From an uncultured Candidatus Saccharibacteria bacterium (GTDB taxonomy: Bacteria; Patescibacteriota; Minisyncoccia; UBA6257; 2-01-FULL-56-20), in contig CAYXSS010000010.1 of assembly GCA_964467765.1 (NCBI GenBank), forward strand, positions 1 to 31,774: a stretch of DNA of 31,774 nt. The letters run 5' to 3'. Below, piece after piece: positions 1 to 9,100 of this stretch. Under the pieces are notes generated by a model. The model saw only the letters and a program-made list of their open reading frames with translations, was not told the DNA's origin and did no database searches. Both the position numbers and the translations under genes were made by a program. Numbering within the stretch: position 1 is the stretch's first letter; each line of letters opens with the position of its first letter.

Positions 1-281
1 AGGGCGCAAACGCAAAAAACACCAACGTTGGTTGGTTTTTTTGTTCGCCCTTGTGAGGAATCGAACCGGGAATGGGGTCGGGAAAACGGAAGTTTTCCCG
101 TGGTGGAAATATTAAAACCGCTGGGTTTAAAAAAAATTGTGCTAGCAAAATTTTGTGAGATTCCCCTGGTTGCCGCATGGCAACTCGCTGGTACACAAAC
201 GCAAAAAACTGCCCCTTGGCGGCTTTTTGCGTTCCATGTTTTTTGAGCGGAGAATCGAACGCCGGAACTCTAAACGCGTTA

Positions 282-310
282 TTGACAAATAACAAAAGGG
301 TTGCTACAAA
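282..310 (+). promoter_or_regulatory. Sigma70-like promoter candidate: TTGACA (282-287), 17-nt spacer, TACAAA (305-310). The -35 box sits inside a small palindrome GTTATTGACAAATAAC.
   Basis: Read directly: consensus -35 TTGACA, 17-nt spacer and a 4/6 -10 box, about 40 nt upstream of the ORF starting at 351. Confidence 0.35.
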
Positions 311-350
311 TCAATCAGCGGTAGCAGATTGGTCTGTATTGGAGTGAACG

Positions 351-842
351 ATGCAGAACATCGGGTGGGGTGCGGAATATTTTCTGTTCGCAGCTGTCTG
401 TTACTACATATTCTATGCCACCGAGGTGGATTTCAATTTCCGCCTCAACGTCCCTTTCAACGAAAATGACGGCTTGTGGCAAAAGGTCGTAGCTCATGAG
501 AAGGGAGTGTTGAAATTGCTTGTCCTTGATTTCTTGAAAATCCACTGCCCGTGGAGTAGAGAAATCAGTACCGAGCATCGAGTTCAAGAAGCGCGCCGGT
601 TGCTTCAGCATATGAGGCACGAGAAGGGCTGGACAATGGCTGATTGCGACAACCCAGCCAACCATGAACAGATAGCGAGGGATTGCTTCCGGTCAAGAAC
701 AAGGTTTTGGCTGGAAGGCATCTTTTTGTTTCTGACATCACCGCTCCGCCTTGTCGTCTTAACGGTAATCCTTGCAATCGCAGCGGTCGTATTGCCGGTA
801 GTGAGCGTGTATCAATGGCTTCTCGGTCTCACAAGGAGATAG
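351..842 (+). CDS. Hypothetical membrane protein, 163 aa, with hydrophobic N- and C-terminal segments.
   Basis: ORF with a promoter-like site upstream. A minus-strand ORF (315-665) overlaps and cannot be excluded. No recognisable domain. Confidence 0.3.
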   Translation: MQNIGWGAEYFLFAAVCYYIFYATEVDFNFRLNVPFNENDGLWQKVVAHEKGVLKLLVLDFLKIHCPWSREISTEHRVQEARRLLQHMRHEKGWTMADCDNPANHEQIARDCFRSRTRFWLEGIFLFLTSPLRLVVLTVILAIAAVVLPVVSVYQWLLGLTRR

Positions 843-1045
843 CAATGTCTCATCGTCACGAGTCCCTCGTGGAGTCCAATTCCGCCTGGGACTCGGTTTT
901 TTCGAAACTGGGAAAATCTCTGCCAATTTCTCAAAGCCTACAGCATTCGGTTCCAATCCAACGCCACACAAGAGCGCGGGCAAAGGAAAACCGGATGTGT
1001 CCGGCTTTTTCATAAAATTTTCCAAAATAATTTATAATTAACTTA

Positions 1046-1279
1046 ATGTCCGGAGCCAACAAAAAAATCGTTTTACAAATCGTTGCCTTGATAATTGTCC
1101 TGATCCTCGGCGCAATTTATTTCTTTAAAAAACCGGAGCCAAAAACCGGTTCCGCTGGAAAAGAAAGACTGCAAACTCCGCAGCCAGCAATATCGCCGTC
1201 GACCACTTCTCCGCTATTCAATGGCCCGGTCGGCACGCCGCACGTCATCGGACCGAAAGCCAACCCGCCGAACTATTAA
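1046..1279 (+). CDS. Small membrane-anchored protein, 77 aa: N-terminal TM helix and a Pro/Ser/Thr-rich tail.
   Basis: ATG at 1046. Strongly hydrophobic segment IVLQIVALIIVLILGAIYFF followed by a low-complexity tail. Confidence 0.35.
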   Translation: MSGANKKIVLQIVALIIVLILGAIYFFKKPEPKTGSAGKERLQTPQPAISPSTTSPLFNGPVGTPHVIGPKANPPNY

Positions 1280-1411
1280 GTTTTCCAAAAAGCGCAGCGG
1301 CATCTTTTTTGACTAATTTCATCCAAAAACTTAATATAAAAACCGGGGCAATAAGCCCTTTTTTAATTGGTAAAATAAAAGTAACTAAAGCCTGGTTTGC
1401 TTCGTTTTCTT

Positions 1412-1945
1412 ATGTTGGATGGCGAAAACAAATTAATAGAGAATGCCATCAGGGGCAGGGCCTCGGCGTTCGGTTCCCTCTATGATTATTACCAACCGAA
1501 AATTTACCGGTTTGTGCTAATCAAGGTGGGCCGGCGTGAGGACGCCGAGGACCTTACCCATCAGGTTTTTCTTTCCGCTTTCCAGAACATCAAAAACTAC
1601 AAAGATCTAGGTTATCCTTTTTCCAGCTGGCTTTATAAGATCGCAAGAAACCAAGTCATTGATTTCTACAGGACGAGAAAACAGGAAGCAAGTCTGGAAA
1701 AAATTGATCCCGAATACTTCGTCGTTCCGGCAACAGCGCACCTCGTGGCCGAGGAGAGAATGGAGATGAACCGCGTTCAGGACGGAATCAAAAAGTTAAA
1801 GCCGGAGTATCAGGATGTGGTCATTATGCGCTTCGTGGAAGATATGTCGATTAAAGATGTCGCCAAGACACTCGACAAGTCCGAAGGAGCGATAAAACTT
1901 TTACAACACAGGGCGATAAAAGAACTAAAGAAAATTTTATCTTAA
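1412..1945 (+). CDS. ECF-type RNA polymerase sigma-70 family factor.
   Basis: Region-2-like segment (DLTHQVFLSAFQNIKNY...SWLYKIARNQVIDFYR) and region-4 HTH (DVVIMRFVEDMSIKDVAKTLDKSEGAIKLLQHRAIKELKK). ATG at 1412; the track ORF begins at a TTG at 1397. Confidence 0.85.
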   Translation: MLDGENKLIENAIRGRASAFGSLYDYYQPKIYRFVLIKVGRREDAEDLTHQVFLSAFQNIKNYKDLGYPFSSWLYKIARNQVIDFYRTRKQEASLEKIDPEYFVVPATAHLVAEERMEMNRVQDGIKKLKPEYQDVVIMRFVEDMSIKDVAKTLDKSEGAIKLLQHRAIKELKKILS

Positions 1946-1946
1946 C

Positions 1947-2411
1947 ATGGACCTCTTCGGGAATCTTAAACAACTTAAAAATATCGAAGCAGGCCGCGAA
2001 TTCACAAAAAAGTCTCGTGGCCTGGTTTTGGCTTCTTTAAATATCGAACCCAGTGCCAATAAAAAAGTTTTTGGAACGCTTTTGAGCGTTTTCGACGTAG
2101 TAGCGTCTCTCGCGCTCGCCGGTTTTCTTATCGTACTTATTTTAGGCGGTGTTTCTTCTTTCAAAGCTTTCCAGCCGCTGCAGATAACGGCGATAGATCC
2201 GGCAAACATAAAAGCCGAAGCCCAAGCCGTGGATTTACAAATCCAACTTGCCAATTTGAATTACAAAGACTCCTCCGTACGCTCCTCCGGCGAATCGACT
2301 GTGCCATCTGGCGCCAAAAAACAGTCGAATACCAAAAACACTAGCAACGAAAAAGTCGCAAATTCAGACCAGCTTTCCATCGACGAGGCCTTACGATTGC
2401 TTTCCGAATAA
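1947..2411 (+). CDS. Single-pass membrane protein immediately downstream of the ECF sigma gene; candidate anti-sigma factor.
   Basis: Starts 1 nt after the sigma stop codon. Has a TM helix (VASLALAGFLIVLILGGVSSF). The anti-sigma assignment rests on gene position only. Confidence 0.45.
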   Translation: MDLFGNLKQLKNIEAGREFTKKSRGLVLASLNIEPSANKKVFGTLLSVFDVVASLALAGFLIVLILGGVSSFKAFQPLQITAIDPANIKAEAQAVDLQIQLANLNYKDSSVRSSGESTVPSGAKKQSNTKNTSNEKVANSDQLSIDEALRLLSE

Positions 2412-2438
2412 AAAAGCAGGACTTTAAAAAATTTGCAT

Positions 2439-2465
2439 TACCGCCAAACGGCGGTATTCTATTTT
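2439..2465 (+). terminator. Rho-independent terminator: TACCGCC-AAAC-GGCGGTA followed by a T-run.
   Basis: 7-bp GC-rich stem plus TTCTATTTTTAT, directly after the sigma/anti-sigma pair. Confidence 0.6.
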
Positions 2466-2466
2466 T

Positions 2467-3222
2467 ATGAATAAATACTTATCTGCTGCCATAATCTCCG
2501 CTATTTTTTTTGGATTCTTTCCAAAAACCTCCGTTCTTGCCGAAAGCGGCTGCAAACTCACGCAGTCAGCTGTAGGGGAACTGGGGAAAATACAAGAAAA
2601 TGCGTCTCTCGACGATTCATATAAAATCAGAGAGGAGCTGCGCATAAGAAAAGCCCTTTTAAACAATGTCGTTGATTGCGCCGCGCAGGAACTGTTGGCT
2701 CTCAAATATAAATTCGAAAATGCCGGCAACGGAAACGAAGAAGTTAGAACGCTGCGTTCCCAATTCTCCCCCTGGTTTTTCGATACGCTCAATTATTATT
2801 CTGCTGAAAAAGCGAGAGTCGACAATCTTGGCATCCAGGGCACGAAAGAGTTTGCTAGAAATTTTCGCCTCTGGCGTGAAGGCAATTTCCAACCGATCTC
2901 AAAATTAATCGCAAATTTCGTAATTTGGTCACAAAACCAAGAGTTAATGAGTGTCGCCAAAATCCGTCTTGAACAAATCAAAAGATCAATAGAATTTTTC
3001 GGACTGACTTTCAATGATAATGTAAGAACCGCTCTTCAAGATGCTGACGGCAGCCTGCAGAAAACATTGGCCTTTAACAGCGCCGCCAAGGAAATTCTAA
3101 GAACCTATGGCTCAGCTGACGACGCCGCCTCTGAAATAAATTTATCCCTGGAAAATCTTTCTCTGACTTATAAAAATATTTTCGAACTGGTGCAAAGAAT
3201 AGCAGAGGAGATTAAAAAATAA
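2467..3222 (+). CDS. Secreted hypothetical protein, 251 aa, with a signal peptide.
   Basis: N-terminus MNKYLSAAIISAIFFGFFPKTSVLAESG looks like a signal peptide. No known domain recognised. Confidence 0.55.
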   Translation: MNKYLSAAIISAIFFGFFPKTSVLAESGCKLTQSAVGELGKIQENASLDDSYKIREELRIRKALLNNVVDCAAQELLALKYKFENAGNGNEEVRTLRSQFSPWFFDTLNYYSAEKARVDNLGIQGTKEFARNFRLWREGNFQPISKLIANFVIWSQNQELMSVAKIRLEQIKRSIEFFGLTFNDNVRTALQDADGSLQKTLAFNSAAKEILRTYGSADDAASEINLSLENLSLTYKNIFELVQRIAEEIKK

Positions 3223-3226
3223 CATA

Positions 3227-3275
3227 TCCCGCGCTTTCGCCCGGGATATATCGGTTCTATATGCCGATTTTTGGC
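3227..3275. terminator. Bidirectional terminator region: hairpin ATATCCCG-N9-CGGGATAT plus hairpin ATCGG-N9-CCGAT, with T-runs on both strands.
   Basis: Lies between the converging genes 2467-3222 (+) and HU 3276-3551 (-). The stems are followed by TTTTTGG on + and TTATTTTTT on -. Confidence 0.55.
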
Positions 3276-3551
3276 TTATTTTACTGCCTCTTTTAAAACC
3301 TTGCCGGCTCTGAATTTCGGCTTAACAGAAGCCGGTATTTGGATTTTTTCTCCCGTTTTGGGGTTCCTCCCTTCTCTCGCGGCGCGTTTCATAACCCTGA
3401 AAGTGCCGAAGCCAGTAATAGCCACTTCTTCGCCGCGGCCCATTGTTTTAACTATCGTATCAAAAACGGCATCCACCGCTTTTTCGGCAGAAGCTTTGGT
3501 TTCTATTCCGGCCGCCTGCATTACGGCTTCGGTCAATTCCGCCTTGTTCAT
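3276..3551 (-). CDS. hup: HU-family nucleoid DNA-binding protein.
   Basis: 91 aa. Classic HU sequence: MNKAELTEAV...FGTFRVMKRAAREGRNPKTGEKIQIPASVKPKFRAGKVLKEAV. Confidence 0.9.
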   Translation of the reverse strand: MNKAELTEAVMQAAGIETKASAEKAVDAVFDTIVKTMGRGEEVAITGFGTFRVMKRAAREGRNPKTGEKIQIPASVKPKFRAGKVLKEAVK

Positions 3552-3582
3552 AAAATTTATTGGTTTCCTGACCGACCTTTAC

Positions 3583-3591
3583 AATATATAT
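3583..3591 (-). promoter_or_regulatory. Extended -10 promoter element (TGTTATAAT) for the HU gene.
   Basis: The minus strand reads GTGTTATAAT about 30 nt upstream of the HU start. Confidence 0.4.
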
Positions 3592-3613
3592 AAATTATAA
3601 CACGTGACGTAAA

Positions 3614-5971
3614 TCAATAAACTATTTTCAAATTGTCCAGAATAGGTTTCAAATTTTCAAATTGCAGACTTTTTTTGAAATCGAAAACTTTTCCAACTTC
3701 CTCAAGTTCGCGCTTTGCATCCTCCAGGCGGCCGGCAAAATAGTAGGCTATGCCCAACTTTGTTCTCGGCTCAAGTTCTGCAGACGCCATTTTGACAGCC
3801 GTTTCATAAAAAACTATTGCCTCTTCCAAATGGCCGGCTTCGGCAAATTGGTTGCCAACCGTAAGCGGTTCGTAAAAACTTGTCCAGCGGCGCCCCAGCT
3901 CCAGAGCGCGCTTGATCTCGCGGTAACCGGTTGCGTAATCATTGGCAGCGAAAGAAATCAAGCCGTAATAAAAATGGGAGTCGGCAACCTGATCGTCCAA
4001 AGAAAGGGCGTAGCGGACAAGCCCTAGAGCCGAGGCATAGTCGTTCTCAAGCGTTTTCGTTTTGGCGAGAGAAAAATAAATTTCCTGCCGCTTGGGGCTA
4101 AGCTTTAAAGCTATCGCCGCTTCGCGCTCGGCCGCCGGAATGAACCTCGACGGATCAATGTCCGAAATCTGATTGTACATATCAACCAAGGCATAATGAT
4201 TGTAGGCGTCGTCCGGGTGTTCGCTCGCAACTTTTTCCATGTCACCTATCGCTTCTAACACAGCATCTTTAGGAATAACTTGCGGATTATAGAAATATGT
4301 TTCCGACATAGAAGCGGCAAAGTCCCTCGCGAAATTCCATGAATATGGGCTCCAGGTGCTTACGGCTGCGCGGAATTCATCAATCCCCTTGGAAAGACGC
4401 GATCTATCCGTATCTATTCCTCGCGCAACGTCATAGAAAGCAAAAAATGTTCTGCGCGAAGCAAGTATTGAGCTTATATTGAAAAAATAGGCAAATAAAA
4501 GAGATGTGGATAGCGCCATTGCGAACAAAGACAACGAAACGCGCGCATCGTTTTTCTTTCTCGTTTGCGGAGCGGTTGCGCCGTTTATGGTCTGCGGCTT
4601 GCGATCCGCCATTTCGGATCTATATGCTCCATCGACAAATCCCGCCAAAACATACAGTAAAAGATTCGAGCCGATCGTGTCGAAAATAAAAAGGTTGGCG
4701 ACTGCGTAGCTTACCGTCGCCGCGACCAAAAATTGACCAAAAAGCTTTTCTTTGTATTTCCATGCTTCGTACAAAAATAAGGCCAGAAATAAAAAGCGCG
4801 CCAAGAAAAGCACGATTCCCCCGCTCGTTAAATCTTCCAAAACAAAATTATGCGGCTTGTCGAAGCGCGTTTCCTGGTAATTAACCCTCAAGGCTTTCGG
4901 ATCGTAATATTTATTGAAAACAATATTGAAATTTTCCGGACCGATGCCGAAGAGAGGCCGCTCCAAAAATCCTTGCCAGGCCGCGCGGGCAGCTATAAGC
5001 CGCGGCTGGAGATCTTCGGCAACAAAAGAAACGTTGCGAAATCTACCCAGTCCGGGGAACTTAGACCAAGTGTCGCTTCCGCGCGTAAACCAAAACACCA
5101 AGCCGGCAAAAATTACAAAAAAAGATATGCCAACATAAATTTTTCTCGAAGAAAGGGTTTCTAAAAATTTATTCCCTGAAAAATTTGGCGGCCGGGCGGC
5201 AAACATCAGAACGAGCGCGAAAAATCCAGCCGCCAGCCCCAAAATATTGCCACGCGTCTGCGTGATAAAAACCAGAGCGTAAGCGTCGAAAATGGCAACG
5301 AAAGCAAACCAAAGCTTTGACGAGAAAAATTTGGAGAAGGATCCGCCGTTTTTCTTACTGTTTCCGTTCGGAGAAAAATTTTCGCCGCTCGCAAAAAAAG
5401 AGCGAAAAAAGAAATAAATCGCCAAGAAAATATTCCAGGAAAGATAACCCGCAAAAAATGTGGGGTTGCCGAAAGTTGCCCCGGACCTTGTAAGCGGCTG
5501 AATTATAAGCAAACTACTGTCGTAGTAAAGTTCTATGCCGGAAAGTATGCCGATAAAAACCGAAGTTATAAGCGATGCGGAAAAAATTCTTTTCCATGGC
5601 AGCTCTTTGTACATCGAGGAAATTACGAGGGTAAGCGCTGCCATATGCAGCAGTCCAAAAACTCCGAAAGCTCTTTCGTAGGTCGAGAAAAAACTGCGCC
5701 AAGGGTCAATTCCCAGAAACGCCGTAAGCACAAGCGCAGCGGCAAATCCTGCAAGAGAAAGAGTAAGCGGTGTTTTTTTTGGACGATATCGTGAATCGAT
5801 TATGGCCAAAACAAGCCAGAGCGCGAAAAGCACTTCGACAATCGTCTGAAAAAACATCGCCTTGTCAAAAAGAAAAGGGTAAATACCTTCTTTCAAGAAA
5901 AACAGCGGAACAAGAATGACAACCGCAAAAACCAGACCGGTGATTATTTTAATAAGAAGACGCGAAGACAT
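3614..5971 (-). CDS. Wzy_C-domain (O-antigen ligase / O-oligosaccharyltransferase-like) polytopic membrane protein with a C-terminal TPR-repeat domain.
   Basis: 785 aa. More than ten TM helices. Shares Wzy_C-like conserved segments with the paralog at 16438-17967 (TQTRGNILGLAAGFFALVLMF / PLFGIGPENFNIVFNKYYD). The C-terminal ~300 aa are TPR-like (e.g. AYYFAGRLEDAKRELEEV). Confidence 0.75.
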   Translation of the reverse strand: MSSRLLIKIITGLVFAVVILVPLFFLKEGIYPFLFDKAMFFQTIVEVLFALWLVLAIIDSRYRPKKTPLTLSLAGFAAALVLTAFLGIDPWRSFFSTYERAFGVFGLLHMAALTLVISSMYKELPWKRIFSASLITSVFIGILSGIELYYDSSLLIIQPLTRSGATFGNPTFFAGYLSWNIFLAIYFFFRSFFASGENFSPNGNSKKNGGSFSKFFSSKLWFAFVAIFDAYALVFITQTRGNILGLAAGFFALVLMFAARPPNFSGNKFLETLSSRKIYVGISFFVIFAGLVFWFTRGSDTWSKFPGLGRFRNVSFVAEDLQPRLIAARAAWQGFLERPLFGIGPENFNIVFNKYYDPKALRVNYQETRFDKPHNFVLEDLTSGGIVLFLARFLFLALFLYEAWKYKEKLFGQFLVAATVSYAVANLFIFDTIGSNLLLYVLAGFVDGAYRSEMADRKPQTINGATAPQTRKKNDARVSLSLFAMALSTSLLFAYFFNISSILASRRTFFAFYDVARGIDTDRSRLSKGIDEFRAAVSTWSPYSWNFARDFAASMSETYFYNPQVIPKDAVLEAIGDMEKVASEHPDDAYNHYALVDMYNQISDIDPSRFIPAAEREAAIALKLSPKRQEIYFSLAKTKTLENDYASALGLVRYALSLDDQVADSHFYYGLISFAANDYATGYREIKRALELGRRWTSFYEPLTVGNQFAEAGHLEEAIVFYETAVKMASAELEPRTKLGIAYYFAGRLEDAKRELEEVGKVFDFKKSLQFENLKPILDNLKIVY

Positions 5972-6037
5972 TTTTATAAATTCCTGATTGCCGGTTACTA
6001 CAAATTAACACGAATTGCCGTTTAATTGCCAATCGGA

Positions 6038-6059
6038 AACCAAAATCCCCCGCCGAAGC
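6038..6059 (-). terminator. Rho-independent terminator: CCCCCGC-CGAA-GCGGGGG with flanking T/A runs.
   Basis: Perfect 7-bp GC stem. The minus strand is followed by ATTTTGGTTT. It lies just downstream of the large surface-protein gene. Confidence 0.65.
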
Positions 6060-6100
6060 GGGGGTTTTGGTAAACAAACTCTTTCCTCAAGTAAGAGCCG

Positions 6101-9100
6101 TTATGTTCCCTGAGCGTAGCTGACAGACTGGATGTTGATCGGCACGACGTAAGACTCAATGTTCACGCTGTTGGCAGCGGAATCAAGCGAGTCGAGCCAA
6201 CTCACATCGGCAACTGCAGCAATCTGCGCAGTCAGAGTCTGTGAAACACCGGACTGGGCGGCAGCCGTACCGTTAGTGGAATCAGCCCTCAAGCGGAAGC
6301 TCTTGGAAGAGCCGCCGGAAAGCTGGTAGTTCGCAAGGTTGAAGGTAAGGGTGTTGGAGCTAGATGCCGTAGCAAAGTAGCTTGAGCCGTTAGCCGTGTC
6401 ATACAGCTTAACTTTACAGCTGGAACAGGTCGTGTAGTCAGCCAAACTGGTGTAGTAGAAGCCAGCGCCGGTCGACGGAGCGGAACCGCTGAAGGTGAGC
6501 TTCACGGAACCGATCTGTACGCCACCGGCCGCGTCCGCGGCAAAGGTGATGTCGGCCAAATCATCAACCGAAGTCTTTGACCTGCCCGAGGTGTTGCCCA
6601 AGGCAGACGCAGTTACGGTAAGTTTTGACCTCAAAACCGTTGCGGTGTTCGCTGTGGCCGCTAAGCCAGAGACCGCAGAAGAAGCGTTCGACGTCGAACC
6701 GAGTGCGACAACAACTTGGTAGCTGTTGCCCAAAGCGTTCGTCGAGGAACCGATCGTCGCAATCTTGAAGACGTGAGTCGTGTTGTCCGTAGCGCCGGAT
6801 GAGGCGTAGGAAGACACGTCGCCTTTCAAAGTAAGCGAGATCGAACCGGCGCGAGGAACCACTACAGGCGAAGCAAAGCTGAACTTGTAGTAGTAACCGT
6901 CACCCGGGTTGGATGTCGTTGTGTTCTGCGTCGCTGCGCCGCCGGAAGCCAAGAGGCTGCCCGCGGACGAGTATACGCCGACGTTGCCGAACGCCGATTT
7001 CACGTTGCTTGCGCTCGAAACCTGATCGAAGACATAGAGATCGGTGATCTTAATGTCTTCCACGTTGGAAGTTTCGGTAAACCTGAAGATTGCCAAAGAG
7101 TTACCTGGAGAACCCATAACAAGCTGTTTGGCAGCCGGGGTGCCCGAGTCGATGGCAATCGTTACGGTTGACTGGCCAGCGAAGGATACAGATTGGCCGT
7201 TAACCGAGCCGCAAGAAATGGACGTTAGGGAAACGGCGCCGGATGCGGAGCATCCTGAAAGGCTCGTTGCCGGAACCACGCTACCGGAAGCTGACGAAAG
7301 CGAGTCGGCGTAGACGTCGACATACTTTGTCTGCCCGGCAGGAATAGTAAACGGCGAGCCGGAGAAGGAATAGGTCGTGCCGGAAGCAACAGTACCTTGC
7401 GTGGTACCGAATTGCACTCCGCCAACCAATACCTTGGCGTTCGCCCAAACGTTGCCGTTAACGATAAAGCTCACGTTGTTAACCGTCACGCCTTCAGCCG
7501 TAGAAGCCGTAAAGGCGTAAGAGCCAACCTTAAGACCAGTCGAGTTCTTGGCCAAGGTCTGGTCGCCTATAGAGGTGTTCTTGCCAACCGTGAGGCTCGC
7601 GGAAGCGAGCGTCAAGGCCGCGCCGGAAACCGACGCCGAAGAAGCAGTCTGGGAAGACGTCAAACCTTGCAAGTTGCTGGTGTTGCCGGTCAATTTGCCC
7701 TGGAGAGTGGTGAAGTTTGCCGTCGACTGAACGTCGCCGCGCAAAGACAAAACTCTCGTGGTGTTCGCCGGAACAACATAGTTGATCGGCGAAGAGCTGT
7801 TGCCGTAACAGTTCGTGTAGCTGTAGTTCGTGCTCGTTGTGTTGGAGTACGCGTTATCCGTACACGTCGCGCTCGTGGAGAGCGTGTTGATGGTCGTGCC
7901 AATCTGATTGCCGGCGTCGTCGACCAGCGCCAAGTTTTTCAAGGCGTCGTCAACGGTGTTGTTGTTGAAGCCGGTGAATGTCAGGCTGACGCCCAACCAT
8001 TTGACTTTTATGGCCTCGCCAGCGGCGTAAACCGTAAACTTGGCCATAGTAATACCGGACTGACCTTTGGCTAAGTTGCCAGTCGGAGTGTCGGTGGCCT
8101 GGGAAACCGTAACGGTTCCGGCCTGAATCGACACTTTCGTACCGGTGTTGGAAGCAGCCGCGATCGGCACGTTGTACTGGGAATCAACCGCCAAAATGTC
8201 GTACGAGTTCAAGATCTCGAACTGGAAGTCATAGCTCGGAGATCCCATGATATCGGCGAAAAGCTGGATGTTGTTTGAACCGGTGTTCAAAACTCCGGGA
8301 TTTGCCGAAATATCGAAGTAAGCATCGCCGCTAGCGGAAACTTGGGCCAGCGATGAGCCGACCTGGTTGCCGTTAACTTTCAAGATGACATTTCTGATGT
8401 CGCTCTTGTTGGCCGAGCCGATAACCCTAAACTTGACCGAGTTCAGCCAGACTTTGCTGTTGGTAGCGGTAAAGTTCCAGGCGCCAACCAAGTTGTTGGT
8501 CGTTCCGGCCGTAACCTGCGTTCCAATTGAGGAAGAGGCGACGGTCAGGGTGGCGAGCGACGGGTTGGAAACCGTGGTCACCGTAAAGACATTTCCGTTG
8601 AACGGAAACGCTCCGGAGGCGACAACGGAATTGCCCGAGGCGTCAACCGCCGTAACATCGGAGGCCGAAGACAAGGCAAAGCTCACTGAATTTCCTGCGG
8701 AAAGGCTCGTTGCCGGGTCAATCGAGAATCTGAATTCTCTTGTCTGACCGGCAGCAATGCTCAAATTCAAGCCGGAGAATACGATCACTCCGCCAGAAAT
8801 AGAGTTGTATTGCGAAAGAACCTGTCCGCTCTCCGTGACATAGGCTCCGGAAATGGAGCTGTCGGAGAGAACTCCAACCTTACGCAGGTTGATTTGGTTG
8901 ATTGTTACACCGGACGCAGTACCGGCTGTGAAATTCACGGCTAAAACCCTGACTCTCGCAGCAGCAGAACTGGTACCGGAAATCAACGCTCCCGCGGAAG
9001 GATTGTCCGCAGCCAAGCTAACCTGCAAGCCGGAAGCCGGAGCAGGAAGCTGGGGAGCGCCACCGCCGGACGGAGCCGGAGAAGGAGCTGCAGCCATCGC

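Noticed and set aside
57-125. Candidate minus-strand tRNA suggested by a GGTTCGATTCC-like motif near the window start.
   Set aside because: Hand folding fails: the T-stem does not pair, and there is no acceptor or anticodon arm. Treated as a tRNA or element fragment only.
315-665. Minus-strand ORF overlapping the 351-842 (+) ORF.
   Set aside because: Only one can be real. The plus-strand ORF has a promoter-like site upstream and predicted TM helices. Neither has homology support, so the minus ORF is not listed; confidence is low either way.
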